Assembly: GCA_035701185.1 (NCBI GenBank)
Contig: DASSNX010000112.1
Location: 1-62,826, forward strand
Length of the DNA: 62,826 bases
Source: Candidatus Limnocylindria bacterium
GTDB lineage: Bacteria; Chloroflexota; Limnocylindria; QHBO01
Direction of reading: 5' to 3'
Below, one piece after another: positions 61,886-62,826 of this stretch (within the stretch, counting starts at the first letter, position 1; the number at the start of each line of letters is the position of its first letter). A program made the translations under genes and the position numbers. Below the pieces are notes generated by a model. It did no database searches, had not been told where the DNA came from, and was given only the letters and a program-made list of their open reading frames with translations.

Positions 61886-62623
61886 ATGCTCACCGTCCGC
61901 CGCGACAAGGACATCCACGACATTGATGGCGGGTGGTTCCGCGCTCGCTGGCACTTCAGCTTCGACACCTACCGTGATCCCGAGAACGACTCGTTCGGCG
62001 CCATGCGCGTCTTCAACGACGATCGGCTCGTCCCGGGTGCCGTCTGGCCGCTGCACCCGCACCGCGACGTCGAGGGGCTGACGTACGTGGTCGAAGGCAC
62101 GTTTGGGCACGAGGACAACGTAGGCGGACCATTCGGTCCCCTGCCCGCTGGCTCGGTGCAGCGCATGACACTCGGATCGGGCGCGCTGCACTCCGAGCGA
62201 AACGCGTCGGAGACGGAGCCCATGCGCTTCATCCAGATCTGGATCCTGCCGGATACGGCGGGCCTCGATCCGGGCGTCGAGCAGCGCATCTTCTCCAGGG
62301 AGGACCGCACGGACCGGCTGTTGCGGGTGATCGGGCCCGAGGGCGGCGAGGTGGTCCGGGTTCACCAGGACGCGTCGGTCCACGTCGCCTCGCTGCACGC
62401 CGGTGTTGAGGTCGTGCACGCGATCGGCGAGAACCGCGGCATCTACGGCTACCTGATCAGCGGCGATGCCACCTTCGGCACCGAGCAGCTGTCAACCGGC
62501 GACGCGGTCAAGGTGACCGACGAATCACTGCTGCCGATTCGGGCCAATGCCGACAGCGAGCTGATCCTCGTCGAGGTGCCGATGCGCTTCGAGCCTGTCG
62601 GCATCTGGCGCGGCCGCATCTAG
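61886..62623 (+). CDS. pirin family protein
   Basis: Trimmed to the ATG at 61886. HPHRDVEGLTYVVEG...H.D and QIWILP are cupin metal-site motifs of pirins. Confidence 0.85.
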   Translation: MLTVRRDKDIHDIDGGWFRARWHFSFDTYRDPENDSFGAMRVFNDDRLVPGAVWPLHPHRDVEGLTYVVEGTFGHEDNVGGPFGPLPAGSVQRMTLGSGALHSERNASETEPMRFIQIWILPDTAGLDPGVEQRIFSREDRTDRLLRVIGPEGGEVVRVHQDASVHVASLHAGVEVVHAIGENRGIYGYLISGDATFGTEQLSTGDAVKVTDESLLPIRANADSELILVEVPMRFEPVGIWRGRI

Positions 62624-62685
62624 CGGCCCGCGATCGACCTCTGCCGAACGCCGTGGTTGGTGCGGATTCTGCAACGCAGGGCCTC

Positions 62686-62826
62686 ATGGCGACGCGGATC
62701 ATGCTGGCAGGGCTCCTCTTCGGTCAGCTCGCCGACGCCGCAACCTTCACCTACGGCGTCGCGCGCCACGGAATCCATCTCGAGTCGAACAGCTTCGCCT
62801 TCCTCGCCTACCAGTGGCACGGGATC
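62686..62826 (+). CDS. hypothetical small membrane protein, 5' fragment (continues beyond window)
   Basis: An open frame from ATG 62686 (or GTG 62653) to the window end reads MATRIMLAGLLFGQLADAATFTYGV.... Not in the track because it has no stop. Weak evidence. Confidence 0.3.
   Translation, partial: MATRIMLAGLLFGQLADAATFTYGVARHGIHLESNSFAFLAYQWHGI

Overview
About 70% GC bacterial chromosomal DNA, densely coding. I call 69 CDS plus a few promoters, terminators and one duplicated flank. I saw no rRNA, tRNA, CRISPR array, transposase or integrase. Many long ORFs in the track are antisense or off-frame shadows typical of high-GC DNA. Real genes were picked by recognisable protein motifs, and starts were re-set where the track over-extends them. 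Four-nucleotide GTGA/ATGA start-stop overlaps recur and define operons.

Layout:
- (1) 1-11.5 kb is a purine/urate catabolism neighbourhood. It holds XDH-type Fe-S and FAD subunits, malate synthase, a hydantoinase-type amidohydrolase, and uraH, a GNAT::uraD fusion and uricase. An HTH-nuclease gene and two DUF genes are embedded in it.
- (2) 12-33.6 kb is housekeeping: ruvC-ruvA, yebC, a PAS+MBL pair, a stand-alone EF-G, tyrS, a class A PBP, mutS2, mpg, cvpA, pheST, rplT-rpmI-infC and thrS.
- (3) 33.6-36.5 kb is an orphan paaABCD set joined directly to thrS.
- (4) 39.7-46.5 kb is the most unusual block. An alpha/beta hydrolase is coupled to a 1294-aa protein with two zinc-ribbon/cyclase modules, a STAND ATPase and TPR repeats. 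Convergent to it are two lower-GC tandem paralogous secreted proteins whose 3' flank is duplicated.
- (5) 46.7-62.8 kb is accessory and metabolic. It includes an aminotransferase, a CADD-like di-iron protein, an MFS::cNMP-binding fusion, DUF72, a paralogous pair of unknown proteins, a Zn peptidase, GH26, VOC proteins, an amino-acid ABC transporter, ChaB and pirin.

MutS2 together with Bacillus-like pheST-cvpA-mutS2 synteny in a high-GC genome suggests a Chloroflexota/Thermomicrobia- or Deinococcota-like lineage rather than a classical actinobacterium. This is inference only.
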